From IMG/VR virus record IMGVR_UViG_3300009503_000039, positions 1 through 55,401 of that record: a DNA stretch of 55,401 bases; one strand, written 5' to 3'. The notes below the pieces were generated by a model, which ran no database searches, was not told the origin of the DNA, and saw only the letters and a list, made by a program, of their open reading frames with translations. Positions 1-8,871 of the stretch are shown here, piece by piece (the stretch's first letter is position 1; each line of letters begins with the position of its first letter). Made by a program: the position numbers and the translations under genes. This stretch comes from a virus. Its lineage: Duplodnaviria > Caudoviricetes.

Positions 1-399
1 ACATTACCTAGTATTAGTGAATTGTTAGAAGACAGTAAAAATGTTCAAGTTGATAAACTTCAAATTCTTAATAAATTAATTTTAATTGCACTTAATAGAA
101 TACAATTAATTGAGCAGATATCTTCTTTTTCTAAAGAAGATCTCATTCCTAGATATTTAGGAGAAATTAGACAAGTAATAGAGTTATTATGTAAGTTAAG
201 CGGTGAGATAGAAGATACGAATATTGTTGTGAATATTGTGAATTCTGAAGTTGAAGGTATAATGAAGGCTATAAAACAGACTTGTATAGAAATAATACCA
301 GATAAAATGATAGATTTTGCTAAGAGTCTTAAGAAAAATCTTAATTTTTATAAGAATAAATTACAAGAACAAACTAATTTAGAAGTAAAAGTTGATTAA
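1..399 (+). CDS. Hypothetical protein, 5'-truncated by the window edge
   Basis: The frame of ORF 22..399 is open back to base 1 (TLPSISELLEDSK...). Confidence 0.7.
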   Translation, partial: TLPSISELLEDSKNVQVDKLQILNKLILIALNRIQLIEQISSFSKEDLIPRYLGEIRQVIELLCKLSGEIEDTNIVVNIVNSEVEGIMKAIKQTCIEIIPDKMIDFAKSLKKNLNFYKNKLQEQTNLEVKVD

Positions 400-436
400 A
401 TGATATAGTAAAATAATTTTTTAATAGGAGTTAAAA

Positions 437-2143
437 ATGAATATAATGAGTAAAGAGATTGTTATATTAAATCCGAAGTCTATGGAAGATTCTATAGATA
501 GTATGAAAGTATCAATGTTGTTGAAAGATAATGGAAAATACGCTATTAATATTTCGTATTTAGATAGTGAAAAAATTTTATATGAGAAAGAATTTGATAG
601 TGAAAAAGATAGTCGGTTAGAGTATTATAATATATTACGAATTGCAGATGATATACAGAAATTGATAAATTCTAGAGAAATAGATCAAGCAAAACAAAAA
701 ACCGCTGAATTGTTTACAAAATTTGATAAACCTAAGTCTAGAACTGAGTTAATAAGACATGAAATGTTATTGAATACAGACAAATTTAAAGTTATTAAAA
801 CAGCCGAAGAAAATAGTAAATTGAAATATAGTATTGAAGAAATATTAAAAGCGATAGATCGAACTAGTGAATTTGAATTGAGAGAGTCATTATTTGGTGA
901 AGATGAATATATCGATACTCCGGGTGATTGGTATATAGAAATTAATGAACGTCCAGATGAAACCCCAGATATAGTTGAATATATGAGGCGTAATATGGGG
1001 GAAAGAGAATTTAATAGATTGATTGAATGGATTAAGAATAATTCTGATAAAGTAAATAAATTTATGGAAACTCGGAAAACAGTTAAAGTTAGTTATAGAA
1101 CTTTTAAACAAGGAGGTTATTTTGTTCTCATTAGAAATATTAAACCAGAAGATATTAATAAAGTTATAGCTGAGTTAGAACAATATCCCCATATTTCTAT
1201 AGTAAAAGAGGCTTTTGGGGAAAAAGCTACTGAAGAAACCGATACAGAAAAAAAAGGAGAGTACGTATTTATTTCAGAGGAAGAAGCTGCAGCAGATCCG
1301 TCTAAAGTAAAATTTTATGTAGTTTCTATGATAATTTATGATAAGGACTTATTGGCTTGGAAGCAGAGAAAAGAAGTAGCTGGATATCCAATTAAAGTGC
1401 TGAAAGCTTTTGGAGGTATAGTTAAGATTGCCCAGCCTTTGGAGAAACCTACTATAGAAGAAATTTTAAAAGAACGGCCTTGGGTTGTTAAAAGAATTAA
1501 ACGTTATCCTCCGGGATATGCTGAAGGATTTAAAACTGCTCCTTATGCTAAAGATCCTAGAGTCGAAAAAAGTATAGAAAAAATAAATGAGTTATTAGAT
1601 TCTATTAATATTGCTAATGAGGAAATTGAAAGAATTCAGACTGAAGCATTAGAAAAAGTTATGCCTGATATAGAAAAAATAGAGGAATCTAAACGAATGA
1701 CTTGTGAAAAAATTCAACAAGAAGCTAATGAATTAGCACAAGTTTTACAAATTAGTAAAGAGACTCTTTTAAATATTAAAGAAAATCTTGCGGTATTAAT
1801 TAAGTATGGAACTGATAGAGAGGAAGTTAAATTAACAAAAGAGTGGGTACTTAATAAGTTAAATGAGATTTATCCCGAAGCTGTGAAGCAAATGTCAGAC
1901 GCGATTGACGGTTTGAAATCCCAAGCTCCCTTAATTGTAGAGAAAATTTTAGAAATTATACAAAAGCAAGCATCTGATGAACAAGAAATTAATGTTTTTA
2001 AACAGATAAAAGGATGGAAGTTTTTTGAATCTATAGTAAATTTCTTTAAAAATTTAGTTAATAAATTTAAATCTGTGTTAAGTGGGATAAATAATTTTGC
2101 TGTTGAATTAGAAAAAAGGATTAATATGATAAGTGAGAGATAA
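437..2143 (+). CDS. Hypothetical coiled-coil-rich protein, possible internal head protein
   Basis: 568 aa; AGGAG RBS; recurrent K-x-A motifs (KTA, KEA, KIA, KQA) as in the head-module proteins. Confidence 0.7.
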   Translation: MNIMSKEIVILNPKSMEDSIDSMKVSMLLKDNGKYAINISYLDSEKILYEKEFDSEKDSRLEYYNILRIADDIQKLINSREIDQAKQKTAELFTKFDKPKSRTELIRHEMLLNTDKFKVIKTAEENSKLKYSIEEILKAIDRTSEFELRESLFGEDEYIDTPGDWYIEINERPDETPDIVEYMRRNMGEREFNRLIEWIKNNSDKVNKFMETRKTVKVSYRTFKQGGYFVLIRNIKPEDINKVIAELEQYPHISIVKEAFGEKATEETDTEKKGEYVFISEEEAAADPSKVKFYVVSMIIYDKDLLAWKQRKEVAGYPIKVLKAFGGIVKIAQPLEKPTIEEILKERPWVVKRIKRYPPGYAEGFKTAPYAKDPRVEKSIEKINELLDSINIANEEIERIQTEALEKVMPDIEKIEESKRMTCEKIQQEANELAQVLQISKETLLNIKENLAVLIKYGTDREEVKLTKEWVLNKLNEIYPEAVKQMSDAIDGLKSQAPLIVEKILEIIQKQASDEQEINVFKQIKGWKFFESIVNFFKNLVNKFKSVLSGINNFAVELEKRINMISER

Positions 2144-2145
2144 TT

Positions 2146-2331
2146 ATGAATAGTTGTGGTCATTCATCACATGTAGAACGTTTATTAGAAACCGAAGCAT
2201 ATGTGCTTTTACAATGTTCAGATTGTAAAAATATTTTTAGGAAAAAACTTGATAAAGAAAGTAAGAAAGAAAAATATCTAAATGGAAAAAGTTTAGATAT
2301 AATTACTAAATTGAAGAGGAAAATAAAATGA
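2146..2331 (+). CDS. Small putative Zn-binding protein
   Basis: CGH...CSDC; stop overlaps the next start (ATGA). Confidence 0.55.
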   Translation: MNSCGHSSHVERLLETEAYVLLQCSDCKNIFRKKLDKESKKEKYLNGKSLDIITKLKRKIK

Positions 2332-2648
2332 GTAGTAAAAAATTTTATTTTGATTATTTTGATGATTGTATTGATAAAAAAAATAAAATAGATTTGAAAA
2401 AAGCTAGAGAAAAGGTATTTGATGAATATAAATATCAACTACTTTCTAATAGTATTTTTAATAAAACTTCATTTAGTGAATTTTTAGACTCTATGATGAA
2501 GATGGTTCAAAGTATTAAATTAGTTGTTGATGAGTTGTATTTTAAAGCAGAATTATCAGATACAGAATATTCAAAGCATGTAATGAAACTTGAAAAAGGG
2601 ATAGAAATATTGAATCATTTAATTTGTCAAGAAAGAATGTTGAATTAA
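2328..2648 (+). CDS. Hypothetical protein
   Basis: 106 aa, coupled to its neighbours. Confidence 0.6.
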   Translation: MSSKKFYFDYFDDCIDKKNKIDLKKAREKVFDEYKYQLLSNSIFNKTSFSEFLDSMMKMVQSIKLVVDELYFKAELSDTEYSKHVMKLEKGIEILNHLICQERMLN

Positions 2649-5647
2649 TATTTTTTACTAAGGATGATTTAATGATAATTACCCAAGAGATGTTAAATTT
2701 TCTTAGGAAAAAATATCCGGATTATATACTGCTAGATTTTAGCAGTATTTTTGTCGGTGAACATATACAGATTAATGATGCAGTTGAACCATCTACACAT
2801 AAATTAGTCAATGAGGAAGGAGTATTAAAAATAATTGCTAATGGTGAGGAATTCGCTAGTCTCGATTTGAAAAAATATATACCCCAAAAAATAGGAGATA
2901 AATATAAAAATATTGAATATAAAGCTATTATTAGAAGTGAGAAATATTCCCCATTATTTTTAGATGCTAAAGGTAGGATTTCAGAAAAAGGAAATTATAT
3001 ATATTCTAAACCTTCAGAAATAATAAATGCAAATGTTTGGAAAGATAAAAATCCGTTACAGGAACTATTAGGTATGGTTGCAGATAGTGGAAAAAAAGTT
3101 ATAATAATAGCAAATGATTATGTAAGACTATGTCCAGACAGAATTTCTATTCCTTTTAAACAAATACAACAAGAAATGAAAATGAGTAAAGAATCGTTTT
3201 TAATTTTTGCCGATCTTGAATCCCGTATGAAATCAATGATTCAGCAATATACCGCTCGAATTCCTAGCAGTACTCCCGAAGAGGCAGATATTGAGGCAAG
3301 AGCAAGAGAAAAGTTACGAGAAAAACAAAGAAAAAAAGAATCATTTTTAAGACAAGCAAGTTTAGATTTACATAATATAGTAAAAAGATATCATAGATTT
3401 TCAGACTGTTTTGAGAAATTAGCGGAAATTATTGGGGCGGAAGCTTTGAATTCTATAGCTATTGTTAATTCATGTGATTTTGAACAGCTCAAAGATTATT
3501 GTTTTCCAATTTTTATAGTTGATGATAAATATTGGCCTTTCGGAGTTTATAGTGCAAAATATAATGCTAATCCCGACTTTATTCTTTTTAAAGCATCAGA
3601 TTTTACAGAGGAGAAAAAAATAATACCTGGAATTCTTCATGAACTTTCGCATATGAAATATGAGAATAAATTTGGTAGAAAAGTTATAGAAGAAGAATGC
3701 AGAAAATATGATTATATTAAGAGGCCGCATGAACGGATTGCCTATCAGGTACAGATTTCTGAAATGATAAAGCAAGAATCCGGTAATATAGATGCTGTGA
3801 AGGAAAGATGGTATAAGGCATTTTTTCCGGATGAGACAATGATTAAAGAAATGTATATTTTAACAGAAGATGTTGTAAAGAAAGCCAGAAAGTCTTGGGA
3901 ATTGTATAAAGAATGTATAAGGGCAAAATTAAAGCAAGGCAGTAATGAGATAGGCGCTGAAAGAGCATGTAGGCACTTAAAACCTGAATTTGATGATAAG
4001 ATAGCAGAAGTAATGTTTAAGTGCGGATTCTTAAGTTTAGGGGATATGGAACAAATTAAGGAATTGTATCGTTCTCAATTAACTGGGCACGTAGATGAAG
4101 ATTTAGCTAAGTCAGTAAAATATATAATAATTGATTATGCTGAAAGATTAATAAAGGATAAAGAAGAAATGGCTGCATCTGAACCAAAAGAGATTCAGGA
4201 AGAATATAAACATATTAATAGATTTAAGTTCCTTGATAAATTTTGGAATGATTTCAAAAATAAATTATTGAAATTAAAGTTTGCTAAAAGCCCAGAAGAA
4301 ATATTATTAAGAGTAGATGAATTGATAAGTACCGCGCATAATACTGGACAAATATTAGATTGGGAGATTATAGAGGCAGAATCAAAAGGAAAACCTGTAA
4401 AATATTTAAAAAAATTAGAAGATTCTATTGCGGATATTTATGAATTAGCAGAGCAATTAAAGAATGCTAATTTTAATTCTTTTAATATTGTAAAACAAAG
4501 TGAGGTAAAATTTAGGGATGATTGGAAATCTGTGTATTCAGAATATGATGTTGTAGGACGTTCGTATTGGTCAAAAAAAGATCTTATAGAATTGATTAAG
4601 AAATATTTGATTTCCGCTGATGGGGATGCTTATAAAACTTCAGAATTAAAAGATTTATCCACTATTCAACTAAGAAAGATGTTTTTTAAATACGCTCCTC
4701 AGGAATTTGGGAAACTACCCCATGAGATACAAAATAGAATAGCAATTAAAGAATTAATTAAGAATAAAAAATATGCTGTAAAAATAAAAGAAAAAACTTT
4801 AGGTATTTACGATAATCTTAATTTTGCAGAAAAAGCTAAACAATTTTGGATGAAACAATTTACAGAAGATGACAAATTAAATGCTTTACCGGTTTCGGAA
4901 TATTCAGTAAGAGCCAAAGTGTCTAAAATATTACCTACAGGATTTATGATGGATGTAGATGGTAAGTTGTTTTATGTTGATAAAAATGTATCTTTAGATG
5001 TAAAATATTTATTGGATAAAACTGGGTTGTATAGTATGTTTAAAACATCTCAGTATCTGGATAATTTGGTAGATGTTTTGGAAGCGATTGATGATAAAGT
5101 GGTTAAAATAAATTCAATTAGGGAGTTTGATAGAGTTCTGGGAACTGAGTTTGAAAGATTATTATTAGAAATACAAAAAATAGATAAGTATAGTGCAAAT
5201 TACCAATATGATTTTTATAAGATGACACAAACTCAGTTAGAAGAATTTATAAAAGAAACTCAGAAGAAATTGAATAGAGTTTATGATTGGAAGATTAAGC
5301 AAGAACTGGAACGAAATTTAGATAAAGCAATGCAAGTTTATAAAAGTAAATATATAAAAGAGTATGCTCAAGTTAAAATTGCAGCAGATATTGAAACATC
5401 TTTATCAGATTTAAGAGATTTATTGGCTCAAGGATATGATACAGTTGAATGGATTCAAAGTTTATATCCTTGTAATAAATGTCGAGAACTTAATGGTGAA
5501 ATTTTTGATTTAGCAGATTTTATTAAAGAAACTAAATATAATGCTCCTCTTTTCACAAAATCACATCCAGGATGTAGATGTAAGGTAAAAGTTATGGGCA
5601 ATGGTTTAAAGGATGTTTTTGTAAATTATAATGGAATAATTTTATAG
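2624..5647 (+). CDS. Multidomain head-associated protein: HEXXH zincin-like domain plus C-terminal MuF/SPP1 gp7-like domain (likely start ATG 2672)
   Basis: ILHELSH...PHERIAY; C-terminal VEW..CNKCRELNGEIF...P...SHPGCRC. Confidence 0.65.
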   Translation: MSRKNVELIFFTKDDLMIITQEMLNFLRKKYPDYILLDFSSIFVGEHIQINDAVEPSTHKLVNEEGVLKIIANGEEFASLDLKKYIPQKIGDKYKNIEYKAIIRSEKYSPLFLDAKGRISEKGNYIYSKPSEIINANVWKDKNPLQELLGMVADSGKKVIIIANDYVRLCPDRISIPFKQIQQEMKMSKESFLIFADLESRMKSMIQQYTARIPSSTPEEADIEARAREKLREKQRKKESFLRQASLDLHNIVKRYHRFSDCFEKLAEIIGAEALNSIAIVNSCDFEQLKDYCFPIFIVDDKYWPFGVYSAKYNANPDFILFKASDFTEEKKIIPGILHELSHMKYENKFGRKVIEEECRKYDYIKRPHERIAYQVQISEMIKQESGNIDAVKERWYKAFFPDETMIKEMYILTEDVVKKARKSWELYKECIRAKLKQGSNEIGAERACRHLKPEFDDKIAEVMFKCGFLSLGDMEQIKELYRSQLTGHVDEDLAKSVKYIIIDYAERLIKDKEEMAASEPKEIQEEYKHINRFKFLDKFWNDFKNKLLKLKFAKSPEEILLRVDELISTAHNTGQILDWEIIEAESKGKPVKYLKKLEDSIADIYELAEQLKNANFNSFNIVKQSEVKFRDDWKSVYSEYDVVGRSYWSKKDLIELIKKYLISADGDAYKTSELKDLSTIQLRKMFFKYAPQEFGKLPHEIQNRIAIKELIKNKKYAVKIKEKTLGIYDNLNFAEKAKQFWMKQFTEDDKLNALPVSEYSVRAKVSKILPTGFMMDVDGKLFYVDKNVSLDVKYLLDKTGLYSMFKTSQYLDNLVDVLEAIDDKVVKINSIREFDRVLGTEFERLLLEIQKIDKYSANYQYDFYKMTQTQLEEFIKETQKKLNRVYDWKIKQELERNLDKAMQVYKSKYIKEYAQVKIAADIETSLSDLRDLLAQGYDTVEWIQSLYPCNKCRELNGEIFDLADFIKETKYNAPLFTKSHPGCRCKVKVMGNGLKDVFVNYNGIIL

Positions 5648-5655
5648 GAGGGTTT

Positions 5656-5940
5656 ATGAAACCAGAAGTATTAAGAACTATTATATCGGTTTTGGAACCA
5701 TTTCGTTTGTATGGTAAAATTTTGGTGCCTGATGAGAATGAAAAAGAAATGATGATTAAGCTTTCTGAATTAGTTAAACAGGCATTTAGTCCGGTTGAAT
5801 ATGATGAAATTGCTCAATATGAAAGATTAATAGATAGTAAGCAATTTACAGAAATTTATAAATTAAGTTATGTTTTGTTAGAAGAAGAGATTCCTACTGA
5901 TGATATTCCAAAACGTTGGGTAAATAGAACAAATGTATAA
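5656..5940 (+). CDS. Hypothetical protein
   Basis: AGGAGG RBS, 94 aa. Confidence 0.7.
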   Translation: MKPEVLRTIISVLEPFRLYGKILVPDENEKEMMIKLSELVKQAFSPVEYDEIAQYERLIDSKQFTEIYKLSYVLLEEEIPTDDIPKRWVNRTNV

Positions 5941-6000
5941 TATAATAAAATAATATATAGTATAACATTATTTGTAGGCGGTAACCATTAAGTTCTTACC

Positions 6001-6030
6001 AAAAGGCGGCTTAGTTTTAGCCGCCTTTTT
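6001..6030 (+). terminator. Intrinsic terminator, possibly bidirectional
   Basis: AAAAGGCGGCT-loop-AGCCGCCTTTTT. Confidence 0.85.
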
Positions 6031-6079
6031 GTTTGTAATATGTTAATTGTTTATATTTTGAAGGATTTAAAAAAGTGTT

Positions 6080-6157
6080 CAAAAATCACTTTTTTGTAAA
6101 ATAATAGCTTTTTTGTGATATAATATATATGTCTCAAAAATAATGATAAAAAGGAGA
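6080..6157 (+). promoter_or_regulatory. Repeated promoter/RBS cassette, copy 1
   Basis: 6080-6130 is identical to 10730-10780; contains extended -10 TGaTATAAT (6116-6124); followed by AAGGAG RBS. Confidence 0.75.
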
Positions 6158-6163
6158 TATAAG

Positions 6164-6400
6164 ATGAGATTTGAAGAATTTAAGAATACTTTTATAAAAG
6201 AAGGAAGATTAACCGGAACATCAACATTAAAACCAGATGGAAAAGAACCAATAAAAATTAGGGGTTATTTTAGAAACGCAATTATTGATTATCCTCATCC
6301 AGGAGTTCATAAATGGGTTGTTAATTATGGCAGATTAACTAAAAAATATAAATCTTTTGAGGAAGCATTAAAAGGTGTTTATGAGGATATTAAGAAATAG
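6164..6400 (+). CDS. Small hypothetical accessory protein (start moved to ATG 6164)
   Basis: AAGGAG at 6151-6156 precedes the second Met of track ORF 6143..6400. Confidence 0.7.
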   Translation: MRFEEFKNTFIKEGRLTGTSTLKPDGKEPIKIRGYFRNAIIDYPHPGVHKWVVNYGRLTKKYKSFEEALKGVYEDIKK

Positions 6401-6469
6401 GAGGAGTAAAATGATGGAACTGAATAGTTAATTTTTATGCTAAAAAGGTATATAAATAATTAAATTGAT

Positions 6470-6676
6470 ATGTTAAAAAATAAGATAAGAAAGATGAATA
6501 AAACAATAGAGAACTGGAGTTGGCATATTGTGAAGGAGATTAAGAGGATGAGGTTTAATTTTAAAGAAGGGTTTAAAGAGTGTATAAGGAAAGGATTTTA
6601 TCCCGAAGGAGAGAATATAAAAGAGTTACGGGAAACGGTAAAAAAGAAATTTAATCACTACTTTTTTAAAAAATAA
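6470..6676 (+). CDS. Small basic hypothetical protein
   Basis: 68-aa ORF within the accessory cluster. Confidence 0.55.
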   Translation: MLKNKIRKMNKTIENWSWHIVKEIKRMRFNFKEGFKECIRKGFYPEGENIKELRETVKKKFNHYFFKK

Positions 6677-6687
6677 AAAAGGAGACG

Positions 6688-7014
6688 ATGAAAGTGAAAT
6701 TATTAGTTTGTGCTTTTTCAGTTTCTATGATTAGAAGAGATGGAAAAGTAATGATCGAAGAAGTATCTGAAAAGGAATTCCTCAATCTTCTAGGAAATGA
6801 TTTTGTATCTGCTGTGGGGCACGAAATTACTGCTCGGATACTATCTATGCGATGGAAAAAGGAAATTCCTTTTTCCCGTAGAAATGTATCTACACAAGAA
6901 GGAGAAATTTTTGTCGCTGTTCCCCAAATTAGATTTGAGGAGGCAAGAGAGTTTAGCGAAAAAGAAGTATTAGATGCTTCTTTTCGCTTTTTTATTGTTA
7001 AGGAGGTAAAATAA
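6688..7014 (+). CDS. acrIII-1: DUF1874 (STIV B116 / SIRV1 gp29)-like protein, putative AcrIII-1 cA4 ring nuclease
   Basis: 108 aa with family motifs in order: AFSVSM, SAVGHEITA (catalytic GH), SRRNV, RFEEA, F.FF.V; AAGGAG RBS. Confidence 0.8.
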   Translation: MKVKLLVCAFSVSMIRRDGKVMIEEVSEKEFLNLLGNDFVSAVGHEITARILSMRWKKEIPFSRRNVSTQEGEIFVAVPQIRFEEAREFSEKEVLDASFRFFIVKEVK

Positions 7015-7055
7015 TAGTTCCGGCGTTAAAAGATTTATTACAGAATGGGAGGAAG

Positions 7056-7253
7056 TTGGTTATTCCTGAAATTAGAGTTTGGTGTCATCCTTACAGAATT
7101 GGAAAAAGTGGAGATGATTATTATGAGACTTTTAATAGTTTTTTAGAAGCGATGAAGTTTATCTCTGAACATAAAGAAGCAGAGAATGTGCCGCTTATTG
7201 CTTTTAGAGGATATGAATTAAATTTCTGGAAAATGAAAGAAGAAGATGACTAA
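7056..7253 (+). CDS. Small hypothetical protein
   Basis: GGGAGG RBS before a TTG start. Confidence 0.6.
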   Translation: MVIPEIRVWCHPYRIGKSGDDYYETFNSFLEAMKFISEHKEAENVPLIAFRGYELNFWKMKEEDD

Positions 7254-7285
7254 AGAATAAAGTAAAAATAAGATTTGAGGTAGAT

Positions 7286-7465
7286 ATGTTAATAGTTATT
7301 TTTCTTATTGGTATAGTTTTCGGCGTATTAATAGGTGTTATGTTAGGATATTTATTTTTTGATACTTTAACTTGTTTATTTGGAGAGAAAAGACGAAATA
7401 ATGCGAAAGTTTATGATTTAGTAGGATATAATTATCCAATTAAATTTTTGAAAAAGTTAAAATAG
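7286..7465 (+). CDS. Small membrane protein (59 aa, below the track cutoff)
   Basis: GAGG RBS; MLIVIFLIGIVFGVLIGVMLGYLFF... Confidence 0.6.
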   Translation: MLIVIFLIGIVFGVLIGVMLGYLFFDTLTCLFGEKRRNNAKVYDLVGYNYPIKFLKKLK

Positions 7466-7512
7466 ATTTATTATTTTAGTGGTGATTATAATTTAGTATA
7501 TGTCTTGTTATT

Positions 7513-8070
7513 ATGAATACGATTGTCAGATTTTTTGAAAAAGTTATTAAAATAATTACATATATTCCAATTCTTTGGAAAGATGAAGATTGGTCTTGGG
7601 AGTATATAATTAATATTCTAAACTTTAAATTAAAGAGAGTAGCTAGGTGTTTGAGAAGTAGTTTTGTAGAGGAAGAATACAAACAAGCTGATGTTATAGA
7701 TCATATAGTTGAACTTTTGAACAGAGTAACGAATGAAAATTTTTATTGTTGTCAGGAATTTAGAAATCATGAGAGAAAATGGGGGAAATTTAAGTATAAT
7801 TTTTTCAGTGAAAAAACTGGTGAGAAATGGACAATGGAGGATGAGAAAAGATGGGAAATATTAGAGAATAATGGAAAATGTGAAAAAGAAAGAATACATT
7901 CAGAGTTATTGTTAAAAGGTTATTATACTAAAGCAAGGAATGCTAATGAAGAGAAACAAGCTTGGAATGAGTATTTTAATATTTTGAAAAAACAAGAAAG
8001 ATTATTACAAAGAGATCTTGATGAAGCATTTAAATTAATTAGTAAGAATATAAGACGGTGGTGGAATTAA
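7513..8070 (+). CDS. Hypothetical phage protein
   Basis: 185 aa; W.D.DW..Y..L.FKL start and ..RRWW end, a pattern I recall from phage hypotheticals. Confidence 0.7.
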   Translation: MNTIVRFFEKVIKIITYIPILWKDEDWSWEYIINILNFKLKRVARCLRSSFVEEEYKQADVIDHIVELLNRVTNENFYCCQEFRNHERKWGKFKYNFFSEKTGEKWTMEDEKRWEILENNGKCEKERIHSELLLKGYYTKARNANEEKQAWNEYFNILKKQERLLQRDLDEAFKLISKNIRRWWN

Positions 8071-8142
8071 AAATTTGATAGGAGAAAAGATATAAATGAG
8101 GAGTAAAGGAATAACAAAGGGGCGAATTATACAGTTGTAAAA

Positions 8143-8340
8143 ATGGAACAAACATGGGTTGCTACTGATGCTGCAGATGTTATTTCTGGGGAACGTGTTC
8201 AGCAAAAAAGTTTATTTATAAATGGAAAACCAAAAAAACGGGAAACAAGTAAATGGATCATTAAAGATAACAAATGGACTAAAGTTAAGGAATTGCCAAA
8301 TGACAAAAAATCTTTATTTAAGAATGAAGAGAAAAAATGA
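8143..8340 (+). CDS. Small hypothetical protein
   Basis: 65-aa ORF. Confidence 0.5.
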   Translation: MEQTWVATDAADVISGERVQQKSLFINGKPKKRETSKWIIKDNKWTKVKELPNDKKSLFKNEEKK

Positions 8341-8342
8341 GA

Positions 8343-8450
8343 ATGAATTGCGTTAAACACTATGCAAAGAATGTGGTGTAAATTTGCCCAAAGATTGAGT
8401 GTGTTTGTAAATATTTATAAATTATCGAAACAGAATTTTATCATGATATG
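8343..8450 (+). mobile_element. Possible highly degenerate IS200/IS605-type relic
   Basis: First 29 bp identical to 15672-15700, which precede the TnpB relic; downstream reads CKECGVNLPKD/SVFVNI across a 1-nt frameshift. Confidence 0.4.
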
Positions 8451-8750
8451 AAGGAGTATATAATGATTTATGCTATAGAAGTAGTAAATTGGAAAGATGT
8501 TATATTTTGGGAAGGTGAAGTTTTAAGAAAAGAAAAATTTGTACTTCCTAGACAATTAAGTGTGGGTTTTAATTATTATGAGGATAGTGATAAATTGGTA
8601 TTAGTAAGTCTATTTGATTTAGATCCAGGTATGAAGAAAGAGTCGAATGATTTTATTGTAATACCTAAAACTCTAATTGAAGATAGGGTTACTGTAGGAT
8701 ATTATGATTCAAATACCGGTCGAATTAGCGAAAAAAAGAAGATGAAATGA
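8448..8750 (+). CDS. Hypothetical protein (likely start ATG 8463)
   Basis: AAGGAG before the second Met; beta-rich; V.W.D...SVG...IP motif. Confidence 0.65.
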   Translation: MKEYIMIYAIEVVNWKDVIFWEGEVLRKEKFVLPRQLSVGFNYYEDSDKLVLVSLFDLDPGMKKESNDFIVIPKTLIEDRVTVGYYDSNTGRISEKKKMK

Positions 8751-8871
8751 AAAATCAGAAAAAACTTCGGGAGGAACTAAAAAAGTTAGAGTTGTTTTGA
8801 AAGAAGGTAAGATAAATATTAGCAATTTTTATTTAATGAAGGCTTGAATTTTTTTTTAATGTAGAGGTATT

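Noticed and set aside
6440-6460. Archaeal BRE/TATA promoter (AAAAGGTATATAAA) implying an archaeal host
   Set aside because: Such strings are common in AT-rich DNA; TGnTATAAT promoters, holin, Csp and group I introns favour a bacterial host, though the host is not established
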